Positions 1 to 12,100 of a stretch of 64,000 nt of DNA are shown here, piece by piece (position 1 is the stretch's first letter; the number at the start of each line of letters is the position of its first letter). A model generated the notes under the pieces. The model ran no database searches. It was given only the letters and a program-made list of their open reading frames with translations, and had not been told where the DNA came from. The stretch lies in NCBI GenBank assembly GCA_050084515.1, contig CM114271.1, positions 20,212,001-20,276,000 of the forward strand, in the 5' to 3' direction. This DNA comes from Blasia pusilla (Eukaryota). Both the position numbers and the translations under genes were made by a program.

Positions 1-1025
1 GTAATTGCAAGACGCTACCACCTGCCTCTGCCAACAAGTTCAATGAGAGATCGTGGACGCACATGAGTTTCATACGTATCCCTTCATCTCCCATCTATCC
101 AGTGGCTCCACCCTCGTTCCGACTAGACAAGTATGGAGCAGATCCTTACTTCGTTGTCCAGCATATCTCGCCTGTTGTTTTGACCAGCAACCATGGTCCC
201 TTTTCAAGATTCATTTCTGACATGACATCGACTGGGTCTACAGAAATTACCACAGATCCATGCAGTTGCTCCGGCTGCAAACTCGACTCTCTACATTTAA
301 AAGTACAAAGTAAAACTGATATTCGGTTTCTCCGAGTCACTTGGCGCAGCTAGGAGTCACACAACCAACACAACCAACGCAGAAAGTGAGGAGGCTCCGG
401 ACTCGCCTAAGGCAGCCTATAGATCATGATTGTGTGTGTGTGTTGTAGTTGATGCCCCAAGCTTCTCCGGTTTGACTATTCCCAAGACTAAAGGTTTTGG
501 ATCATTATGATTCAGTGATTGACTCAACAGGCTTGCCACGTAAAGTGGCCGGTCCGTTCTCTGTGCAAAAAGAAGGTTGAATTGGGGACCGAGTTTCAGG
601 CAAGTGTAATGATGGAACGACTCCAGCGGAAAGTTTAGCTCTGACCTTTCATCGGCAAAGTTACTTTGGTCGGCACCCTCGCACAACTTTGATCTCTCAA
701 TCCAGCAAAGGCGGCATTCCATTTTCTTCTACATTTGCTCATCAGCCTCCTCAGTGCCCATACTCACGGTGCAGCCTTTTGGTTGACATGACAATCCTCT
801 TGTTAACAGGTCAAAACTTTCTAGGTTGAGGAATTTGAGGTAACTAGTCGTCTCCTTGCTTGGCTGAGTCAATTGAGTTGCCAGCCCAACCACCCAGCTT
901 TATGAGGAACACCAGTTACATTCGGAAGAAGGGCATGTCTTTTGGCCGCAAAAGGATGTGGAGCGCTACATTAATGGGCACAGAAGTCTTTAAGCTTTTT
1001 CACCACAGCCACTCCGAGCTGGGAG

Positions 1026-3250
1026 CTAAGTGAATTCACCAGGGAACTCTTCATCTGAATCAAACTCCACCTGCAAGGATAGCAAAAGAAGTGTGTCAAG
1101 TATAGTTTAGACGTATCTGAAAACCAAATGGCAGCTCACAACTCCACGTAGCTTGCTTCGATTTGTACTGTTACATCCACATATGCCAGTCACCAAGTAG
1201 TTACTTTCTGACGGAACGACATTCACGTCAAACACAGACTCCAATAGCCCTTCCTGAATCTGGCTCCATCAAATTGGAAGGTATCCAACAGAAACTTGCA
1301 GCGATGACTGAAGTTACCATAAACTAGTTACCACCAGTTTGACTACCCAACAAAGTGGATCTTTCTCTGAGAAAAAAAAATGATGTCACCATGCATAATA
1401 AATACCCGGCTTCTTTAACAAGAACGGATCCAGGATGCAAGACAAAGGAGAGAACAATAGTTACAATACATTTTCATCTCTGAACCAACCACCAACCCCA
1501 TCTCGCTTCCAACCAGATTCCTGCAACCGGAGCTCCCGCTGATGTCGTTTTTGCTGCTCTTGCTGGAGGTCCTGCTGGGTAGACTGAGGTGTCACTCCTA
1601 CGGATGCAGCTGATAATCTCCCGCCAGGATTCTTCTCAGATCGAGTCTTTTCTTCCTGGTCTGGTGAGTTCGAGCTGAAAGTTTCAAGTCCTTTCCGATG
1701 ATACCATGACGCTGGAACAGTCAGGCCTTTCCCACCCATTGCTCTCAAAAGTGGGCCGCCAACCTCCCGCTTCATAGAGGGAGGAACTCGAGATGAATTG
1801 TGAACTGCTGCCTTAGCAGTACCACCACCTTGTCCGAGAGATAAAGCAGCTTTGGACCTTTTTGTTGCGGTCAGAAGAGGAGCACTCCGTCTGGCATCTT
1901 GAATAGAAGGAGACGAAGTATCAGAGACCTGGAGAGCGCCTGGAGCCACAGCTTTTCCAAGAGCTATGCGCTTTTGGATCTCATCATGCAGCCGTTGTTT
2001 TTTATACAATTGTGTTCCTGCAGCGGTCTGGTGTCGTGCACCTTTCCTATGCATCTGTGCTTCCATCCAACATTCAAATCACCCGCCAAAAGCACGATCA
2101 GAAATCCACCCCAAATACCGGAGAAAACTGGTAGCGACGACCGATGGTTTAATGAACAATTCGTCCTTAGCATTCACGATCTCTCTTTGAAAACATAGAT
2201 TTAAATATCCTTCACCTCAAGAAAATCCTCATGAAAGCTTCCACAGAACGCTTCCATCATTTGATACGGCCGATGAAAATAGCTTAAAACCTGAGACTTC
2301 CTCACAGATAATAACATAGACAACAAAAGCCGAGATGGTGTCACTCACAAGCACAGCAAAAGCCTGAAGAGATTTGCGGGAGAAGATACATTTGGCAACC
2401 ACACAAATAATGAATGGATGAACACATTGATAAAGAGGCAAACATGAAAAAACGGACGCGGACGGCCTACAACAAAATGATAACACGAATTTAATGATGA
2501 AGCGAATACGCGGCAGCGAGTGAAGCACAACGTCCGGACACTCTCGGGGACGTCCCTCTCCAGCCTCGTTCGTTCCCTCTCGAGAGGGAACGAACGAGGC
2601 TCCAGCGGCAGCAGACGGATGGGTTTCATCCCAACTTTTCACAATCAAGTCAACAGACGCCTAGTGAAGCCAAATGTTCGGCCTCTTAGAGTGATAGAAC
2701 ACAACAACATGAACGCCCTCTAGAAAGAAATGCAAACAGGCTCCAACATCATCAGACAGGAAGAGCTCTATCACAAGTTTTCAGTTCCAATTCAATAGAG
2801 GTCGGGTGAAACAAAAGGCTGAGGCATTTAGGGTCAGACACAACAACAACTATCTTGAGACGAAAGCGAACAAAGGCCCAAATACCATCAGATGCACAGG
2901 TTTCAATGAAAAATTTCAGTTCCAATTCAACAGAAGCAACGGCTCGGAGACTTAGGGTAAGACGACAAAGATGAGGAAAAACCTCGACAGGAAAGCGAAC
3001 CAAGCTCCAGCGTCATCCGACCGAGACATTACATCCAAATGTCTCGGGTTCCAATTCAACAGAGGCGACTCACATGCAGCATCGGCAGGGTGTCCAGAAC
3101 GGGGCAGTGGGGGCAGACGAGGCACGCAAAGCGCCCATTGCTCATCCGCCGCACTTCATCCTCTTGAATGTCCTCCCCGAGCAGTTCCTCCACTCTGCGC
3201 TTCCTGTACTGCGTCTCCGGAGTCCAACTATCTCCTCCAAACGTACTCAT
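1026..3250 (-). CDS. SCNM1: Sodium channel modifier 1-like protein (zinc-finger, minor-spliceosome factor); exons 3250-3074, 2054-1470, 1070-1026; 268 aa
   Basis: N-terminus MSTFGGDSW...RKRRVEEL, zinc finger GRFACLVCPHCPVLDTLPMLH|MHRKGARH, acidic C-terminus GWKRDGVGGWFRDEN|VEFDSDEE. Both introns are GT-AG and phase 0, and the exons join in frame to a TAG at 1026-1028. Confidence 0.9.
2725..3065. repeat. Degenerate ~133-bp tandem repeat (about 2.5 copies) in SCNM1 intron 1
   Basis: Motif gttccaattcaa(t/c)aga recurs near 2784, 2919 and 3048; gc(a/g)aac...cca..catc(a/c)ga recurs near 2732, 2866 and 2996. Confidence 0.65.
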
Positions 3251-3740
3251 TCCTGCCTACCGGAATAAAAAATCCGCTCCACGAATTCACACCCCTCCAC
3301 TCCAATTCTCTGCACCGCTCGCTCTCTTCCGCGCTCAATTGCTCGTCCGCCTCCCATCCACCCAAAGCGCGCGTGATTTCAAACGCAGAAAGGAAAACTG
3401 ATTTCCTTCTGAACCATTCGCGAATGGCCTGTCGATCTCGTCAGTCCCGAGCATTGAGCAAACCTCGCCCGCGACGAAACGGAGAACGAGGTCTTGTCCG
3501 TGGAGGATCCATGGATCGATCGAGCCCAGCAACTGATCCACGACAATAGGACTAGGGTGTCATCGAACGCATTGTCACTTTACCGTGGAGCCAGCAATCG
3601 GACCTTCCAACCACACGCGCCAGAAGTTCTCAATTATGAAGCTCGGGCGAGAATGGCCGACAGATTCTGGAATCCCAAACTTTGCCGGCCGAGGGATTTG
3701 CAATCCTGTGTCGGATCCCATGCATAGAGAGGGTTGCCAT

Positions 3741-3838
3741 AGTGGTTTTCTAGGTGTCACGGCTGTTGGTGAGTTTGGTGGTTAGGGGGAGTGGTTTTCT
3801 GGGTGTCACGGCTGTTGGTGAGTTTGGTGGTTAGGGGG
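3741..3838. repeat. 49-bp tandem duplication
   Basis: agtggttttct(a/g)ggtgtcacggctgttggtgagtttggtggttaggggg occurs twice in tandem with one mismatch. Confidence 0.95.
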
Positions 3839-4147
3839 GAGGAGGCCCCATTTTGCCTTTCAGCTCACGGGTTTTTGGTTTTCTATGCCTTTTAAAAAAA
3901 TAAATTCTGATAGGTTTTCCATTAACTTTTCTATTAAAATGGATCTCCCTCTATTCTGTTAGGGGAAGTCCTCTTCTTTCTTTTCAGTGCCCCCATCTCT
4001 CTTTTCTCTGGGTTTTTTTTTATTGAAGTTTATCCTTCAAGTGAATATGCGCCATTGCCCTTACGCCATTACCTACTTGAAAGTAGTTATGAAGTATAGA
4101 GTGGAAAATCATTAATTTTCCATTTGACAATCTAACCTAAATGTAAA

Positions 4148-4938
4148 TCTCTATATATACGAGTGAAAGAGGACGGGATTTGAGAATCGTATCTTCTTGT
4201 GTTGACAAGCGAATATTTTTTGCCTCCTCTGGTGATTTTATAGGATTAAGCAGAACATGTGATTTATTTTAGCAAGTGATGTGTCTTTATTATTGTACCC
4301 TATTTTTTTTTCTATTATCGAAAAGTGCCACCTCGGTATGATGAGCTGATTCGGCGACACGTGTCAAAGGGTTCAAAACAATGTTGCCCCCTTCGAAATA
4401 AGTAACCTAAAAAGTTTTAGCTTAGGTTTTCATAACTAGATTAAATTTATTTTTAAATGTAATTTTCTAATTCTTCAAGTATTTTTTCTAAGAATCCCTT
4501 GTGGTCATTGTTTTTTTTTTTCAATTTTGAAAAAAAAAAATTTTGCTAAAATTTGAATTTTATAAGGAGGAATAAGTCATTATCTTAAAATTTAATTTTA
4601 GAAAAGGTTCAATTTTTAAAATCCAATCTTCATGAAATCTTCCTAAGTCTCCTTCCTGTTAATTATTTTTTTCCATACAAATTTTTTAAAGGCTTCTGCG
4701 AAAAAAATTATAATTCTTATTTTCAGGTTTAGTTTGGAGGAAAAATTGAGTCATGTTTTGCAAAAATGATTAAAATCTATATTATTATGGAAGAGTTCCC
4801 TTATACGAGGTGCCATCCTTCCTAGTGATATCTATCTTTTCTGGCCTCTTATTGATTGACATGTGTCGTTCTCCTTTAACTTTGAAATCCGAGCATGTCT
4901 GCTTTCATTCATCCGTGCAAAGCATGGGCACTGGCTAG
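4148..4938 (+). mobile_element. Non-autonomous Helitron
   Basis: 5' A|TCTCTATATATAC at 4147/4148. 3' hairpin ccgtgc-aaa-gcatgg (4913-4927) followed by gcactggCTAG|T (CTAG 4935-4938), a typical plant Helitron terminus. Interior is AT-rich and non-coding. Confidence 0.65.
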
Positions 4939-4940
4939 TA

Positions 4941-7900
4941 TCTTCTAAAAGAAGATGGCAGTGAAAACATAAATGGTTCATTTGTGGTGTTGGAGCTCAA
5001 AGTTTTTATTTTTTTTCACACAGGCAAACTTATAATTGTGATTTTCAACTATTATCTTTGGAGCTCAAATAAAGGAGCAAGTCGGTGGCATCGGACACTT
5101 TGTGTATTCAAGGTGGAATTTATCACATCATCGATCCATTTTATTTTGACGAAAGTGATAATTCCCAATTCACTCAGATATAAATCCACGATACTGAAAA
5201 TGAATTAGAAAATTGAGGGAGAGTTATGTCTCATGATATTCAATTAGAGATCTGAAGAGGGTAGCAAGATATGTTACATGAATATAATCCCTGTGTGAGG
5301 ATATTACGATACATTGCAAATGACGCAAGTGGTCCCAATCTTCGTAACCTTCTAAAAGCATAATCAAGGATTGAATTCCAAACCTTACAACGTACTTGCC
5401 AATTGCATCTAAGGTTGCTACAATCTTACTTGGTGATGGTAGTGAACCTATTTACCATCAGGATATTATTGTCCAATTATATGGAGGAGGAGTACATTGT
5501 ATTTCATATAAATGAAGCATATGTTCCATTGCATTTTGATCTAGTATTTGTCTATGATGAAGCAAGTTGACATCTGGGAATACTTCTTGGAAGATTTGAA
5601 GAAATCACAACTGCCAATATTCATTCTACAATGGAGACATGAAAGGATTAGATGATTGCATAGAGGAAGAAAGAATCGATGATGAGATTTCTCATAAAGG
5701 AAGGAAAAAATGTTACCGCGTTACAATTCACCTCTTTTTGACTTCAAACACATATTGATGGCGAAGATGATAATTGTTTTCTTGAATTTGGTTGTCTTAC
5801 TTAAGAGTATATGGTTGATATTTATGCCATAATAGAGCTACAACGACTATCTTGGGTTCGTTTAAATAAAAAAGAGTTGGGATCTGAATTATATGAAGCT
5901 CTAAAGGATGTTATGTATCAAAGTGATAAAGATGGCACAAGGTTTAAGAGATGCATTTTATTGCCTTCTTCTTTTAGTGGGATTCCTCGTCATATGCATC
6001 AACTATACCAAGATACAATGGCCATCGTGAGGCACCTTGGAAAACCAAATTAATCTATTACAATGATGTGCAATCCTAAATGGGAGGAGATCATATTAAC
6101 ACTATTACCATGTCAACAACCTTTCGATAGACCAGATTTGATTGTGAGAATTTTTGAGAAAAAAGAGAGTTATTAAGGCTTCTTCTTGAGAAGCTTGTTG
6201 AGAAGAACATAGGATTGTAGTTTGCATTTATGTGAATTAATTTCAAAACAGAGATTTATCACATGTACATATTTTGATTATTCTCGATCATGAGGATAAA
6301 CCATGCTCTACATCGGATTATGATGGTATAAAATCACTCGAGATCCCTAATCCAAACACTCATCCAAGACTTCATTCTACTCTAGCTAATTGCATGGTTG
6401 ATGGCCCATGTGGACAACTCAATCCAAATGCTTTATACATGGATAAGGAAACCAAAAACTGTTTCAAAGGCTATCATAAGCCTTTTGCAAGCATGACTAC
6501 AGAGAGTAAGTACACATATCCAATTTATCGAAGATAAGCAATCTATCACTAAAGTTTTTATCTTTCTCATGATACATGTTGGATAATAGAATAAAGATAA
6601 TAAAGCCCGATCAAAGGTTTGGACAATTCTTGGGTTATTCCTTACAATCTTTTGTTATGTACCCTCTTTGATTGTCATATTAGTTTGGAGATCACAAATA
6701 GCATTTTTGTTGTGAAATACTTATATAAATATGTATATAAGGGATCCGATGCAATATCATTTAAGGTTTCGAATGATGCAACTTCTAAAATGACAAGGGA
6801 GGTAATCAATTCAAGATCACATTATTGTGATGCAAGGTAATGACTCATTCTTGAATCTTTTTGTTCCTTCAATATGTTAGCACATTCTAGAACATACGTG
6901 ACATTACTAATTTCTTTTTATCCTCATTATTGTGTATCATACATAAATATGTATCTTCCTTTGAGACATGTTGGAGATTGTTCAAGTTTAGTTTACATGC
7001 GGAATATCAAGTATTGAAAGATTGATAGTTCATCTATATGACTTAAAAACCATTTTTTTCAATGATCACGATAATAATGAGGAGATACTACAAATGAATA
7101 GGGAGATAACTCTTAAAAAATCGTTTGCAGCGAATCGTTTAGATTTTGAGGCTAAAAAATATCTATACCTCAAGTTTCTTTTCTATTAGTGTTGGAGAAA
7201 AAAAAAGGAGTCGTAGAATTTAAAGAAGAAATGATTGTGTTCTACCGATTGTTGCCTATATCTTACGCACCCAAGTAAATCTCGTTGAAATTCAATCCAT
7301 AATATAAATTTTCAAACATCCTTTTGACCATTGCAATATTTTGTATATTAAGCAAATACATTCAAGTTTTTATAGTTGAAGGAAAACACATTTGGTTGCG
7401 GTTGCTACTTCATAATATTTGAGGCACAACTACATGCGAATACTTGAGAACTCTACATGGAGTGGTGTATCCAACATTTAGGGAAGACGCTATTCAAATG
7501 GGGCTTCTTGATGATGACAAGGATGTGTTTTTATGCTTTGAAGAAGCATATAAAATCTGCACAAGTTGTACGCTTTGTCAACTCTTTGTTATTATTCTCT
7601 CTTATAACACACCAAGTCGACTTACTCAACTATGGAGTTAATTTTTGATTCCACTCATAGAAGATGTTTTATATGAACGAGGTGAAGTAATTCCTATTCC
7701 TATTTCTATGATAAAATATTTTATTTATTCCTTTTGCTCTTAGACTTATTTCCCAAATCGTGGACTTTATACAAAAAAGGGGATTCCTTGCGTTGCCCTA
7801 GATATTTTGATTATTAATAGTGCATTATTGGAAGTTCACTACCATTAGCAAGATGAAGGAAAAGGATTATCTAATTTCCTACACATGCCTCAAGCAAATT

Positions 7901-8720
7901 TCCAAGTTTCATCTTCATACTCGTATTTGGAAGTAGAAGAGCTCTTATATGATCGAGATGACTTACATGAACAAGCTAGGTTAGGAGAGACAACTTTGAA
8001 TGATGGACAAAAGTTGATTTAGGATGCTATACACAATAAGCTTGATATCATCATTGCCAAGGATTCTACATTTAGTTTAAAAAATATTCTTCGTGAATGA
8101 ACCTAACGGAACTGGAAAAACTTTCGTATACAATCTTCTTCTTGCAAGTATATGAGGTGTTGGACGTATAACTTTAATTGTAACTTCATCGAGAATAACA
8201 ACTTTGTTGTTAGATGGAAGATACACTATCCATTCACGTCTCGAGATTCCAATCAATGTAGATGGAAGCTCTACTTCGAGTAAGTGTCTACCCAAATCAT
8301 GACTGCAATTCTTTAAAGTGGTAAGAAAATCTCTTGCCCAAATTACTAGTATCTTTGTTTTTTTTTGGTTTTATAGTTTACCAATTAAAAGCGAAGGTAC
8401 ATGCTTAATTCAAAGGGTTTCACTTAGTGTGTGGGATAAGGCACTATGACTTACCGTGCATTTGAGACTGTAAGTTGTTTCTTCCAAAACACCATGAGAG
8501 GAATATTGGAAGACTTGAAATATATTTTATTTGGTGGGAAATTACTAATCTTTAATGGGGATTTTAAAAAAAAAAACCAATTAATAATGAAGCTTGTTGT
8601 GTGGGATAAGACATCGACTCACTACTAGTAAATTACGTTTGAGGCTGTCAATTACTCCTTCCAAACTTCCACGGTAGTAGTAATGGAAGATTTGGAGACA
8701 AACCTTTTATGGTTTTTGTC
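4941..8720 (+). mobile_element. Degenerate autonomous-type Helitron (RepHel pseudogene), 3' truncated within the helicase
   Basis: Helitron_like_N motifs (LPSSFSGIPRHMHQLYQDTMAIVRHLGKPN, TMMCNPKWEEI), HUH motif FQNRDLSHVHIL near 6240-6280, KYLYKYVYKG near 6715, RTLHGVVYPTFRE, PIF1 P-loop GTGKTFVY near 8108, FGGKLLIFNGDF. Many stops and frameshifts; both ends are approximate. Confidence 0.9.
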
Positions 8721-9182
8721 ATTTTTGGGGTAGTTTACTGGTAATTAGCAAAGCTTCATACTTCAGAGAACTGCGCTTATTATATCGAATTAGGCATTAT
8801 GATTTAGTTTCATATATTTGAGATTGTACATTGTTCACCCTACATTCTCCCCCTTAGGGTAGAACCTACTATTCAAATGTCCTAAGCCAAAGATGCCCAG
8901 TTTAAGTACAGCAGAGAGGATGCTCTCCTCTAAACCCTAAAAGCCTATCTGCCTATTCTACCCATCAAAATGTGATTTGCACCACGACTTTAAGCCATTT
9001 ACTGACAACACTTTCGCAAACTGTTCCAACTACAATCTGCAGATTGCCTTTACCTGCTACCATTTGCATATTGGCTTCTTCTGCACCCACCTGTACAAAG
9101 CAAAATATGGGTAAAATACTGATTTGTGGCATCCATCCCTAATCTAATGATCCTGTATGTACACTTGTGCTCAAAATTTTCT

Positions 9183-12100
9183 TTACACCATTCGGGTATT
9201 CTTTCGGGAAGGTGATTCAGGCCAAACCTGGATGGGATCCTCATTGTTGCATTTGGTTGGGTATGAACTATGGTAGCTTCTGAGTGGCGAGTCTGTCAAA
9301 TCTACTACCTGCCCTACTTTCAGGGTTTCTTCTAGCTTGTTGCTAAACAGCTCTCGCTTGCGCTTGGCCAAAACATTGGGCAAGCACATTGCATTTGTAT
9401 TGGTGGAGGGTTCATAGTCAGAGAGATTCAGAGGAGCTGCTTGACTTTGGCCACTGCCATTTTCTGGTGCATTTCCACATGGTTTCATGTAAGCATGCAA
9501 ACTGGGCTGCACTTGGGAGATCTCAGCATGATTTTTAATTGGGGATGGACCCACTTCCATTGATTTATCGTCTTGTCCATCTATTACCTGCTCCACGCAA
9601 TGTACAATGTTTCAATATATTTGATGACTAGGCAACCATTCTGAGGGCACACACTCCGAAAAAAGTACAACTGTCTTCACGAGTGAATAAAGATGACATC
9701 AATGAGAAAGAGGGATACAGTCATGATACATCCAATAGTGAATTAACCCAAGCCCTTGGTTACATTAGGGCCAAAACTTGAATAAGTATCGTTCCCCAAG
9801 ACTTTGCTTTTGTTCTATGACCATAAGGATAGTAATTAGTACCTGGCCGAGAGTTTCCAGCTTGTGTCTTACAGTATCCCTGTCAGATTGGGGAGTTGCA
9901 AAAGAATCAGTCCAACAGAAAAACATTCAATATAACATACTTCAAGTCTCTGTCACAAGAAGTAAATTGTTGGACAAAAAGATTCTGGACACAGCTTTGT
10001 TATATAACCAAGTGGTCTGAATGTACTTTCCCCTCAGAATCATCACTACATACCCTAATTAGCATTCAGCAAGTGACCACATTACAATCAACACCCTTGC
10101 ATTTGTAGTGTCATTCTATACTGGTGGATTGGTGGTAACTGTAAGCCATAATACAACTTTCACTGGGTATGAGATAAATTTGTGCGCTTCATTGAAGGCT
10201 ACTCTCCAAACTACTGACTTGAATTTTACCACATGATATTGCAGGAAATTCAGGGGCTGAAAAAGTTGCTGAAGTACCAGATTAAGTCATCGATGGTGTC
10301 ATGTGCGTGTAGGTAATAGACATTGACAGACGATGCCTGTCAATTGAGTAACAATTATGAATACCAGACAGAAGAGGACGGCTATTTAAATTCAATGTTT
10401 GAAACATGCTTAATAAACATAAAAGTAACAGCAGTGATAAGGTTCTCTAACCAGTTCAACCTGTACCATTAGTACTATCTATCCATACAACTAGAAAACA
10501 GAGAAATGAGAATTTTCAAGTCATATGCCCTACCTGGCCAATCCGGTGGGCACGATCTTCTGCCTGTACTAAGTCTCCTGGTGTCCAAGTCATTTCAGCA
10601 AAAATGACAGTGGATGCTGCTGTCAATGTCAAACCCACTCCAGCAGCACGGATTCCAAGCTGTATGACCTCTCAGTGCAGTGGATGCAAGATGTTAGCAA
10701 ATGTTACTAGACCGTACTTGTATGAAAAAGTAGGGGGATCTCAAAGATCAAAGTACTTGATCTAGGTATGAAAGGAGACCCAACTCTGGTCTGGAGTAAA
10801 CTTGTACATACCACTGCTGCCATGATCTTCTCATCAGTTTGAAACTTGCCCACAAGATCTGCCCTTAATCCTGATGGTGTCTTTCCATCTATACGGATAA
10901 ACTTCACCTTCTTCTTCTGCGAAGAATTCAATCAGACGTTTAAGAATCTTCATACATCCTTTTTTTCGGGCAATTTCTTGTCAATTCCAGTGTTAAGATA
11001 TTCCTTCCCAGGGGTACTGTAAGGGTATGAAGCACTGCTACATTGGGTAATGCCAACCCTCCAATGAGTTCTACACCACCTTACACTGTCCTTAGTGGCC
11101 AAAGGTCAAATTCTAGCTCTTGCATCACCAATCTACCAGTATAGAATGAGCACACTACAGCGTCTAACTTTGGCTGAAAGGGCTAAGATTGAAGTACCTC
11201 TAGTAGTTCTTGAATTCCATTGAGCATTGTTTGATGATGGGCAAACACAAGAAATTTGCAGCCTCCCTGCTCAGTAACACATCATGATGAGAACGCCATC
11301 CTGTGAACTTGAAAGTTGAAGTTGCATGTAAGAAACAGTTATGATTCATACCTCAATCATTGTTTCAAGATACTCTTGCACAGCTGGAATTTTAACTTCA
11401 GCTGACTCACTGTATATCTGAGAAACAAAGTTAACACAAACTTAGCCTGGCAACAATCTGATGCAGAGCAATGGCAGCACCTGGTCATGCTGGAAAATCT
11501 CATCTACAGGCTCCAAGAAAAATATTAGAGAGATGGTATTAAAAGCTTTACAAGAAGTCATTATATGAAGAACTCTGGAGATAGAGCACACTTGAACAAG
11601 CTGGAAAGGTTGTACACGCACAAGAAGAGCTCATGAGAAGAAAAAAAAATGAACCTTTGCAAGAAGTTGCCTCTCCGTCATATTTAAGTTATCAATTTCC
11701 TCTTGATCTCCCAGTTGAATAGCAGTTCGAATTGCCTTCTTTGTATCCTCCAGCTGTTGTTAAAACAGACACCGATACGATCTTTGCCATTAGACTTTGG
11801 GAAGAAGTCTTGTGAAGTCAGATGAGAATAAGTAATGCATGGTCAACTAGTCCGTGGAGATTCTGACACAACAAGCAGGACACAACAAGCAGCCCATACA
11901 GCTTTCCCTGCTCACAACATCTGGTTGGGAGCTGAATGCAGATAAAATAGATCCTCCACAGCCACCTAGATCTTTCCAAGCAATTCCATATCTCAGCAAA
12001 GACTGCTAATCATGCATACTTAGGTCAAACAAAAATCTCCTTGGATTGCATGAGCTTTCAGATTCATGAGAGCTGTGCATACCTCAATCATGAGTACTCG

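Noticed and set aside
1-722. Plus-strand frame open from 3 to 353 and minus-strand ORF 417-722
   Set aside because: No recognisable domain or splice context; could be the end of a gene outside the window, but this cannot be supported from here.
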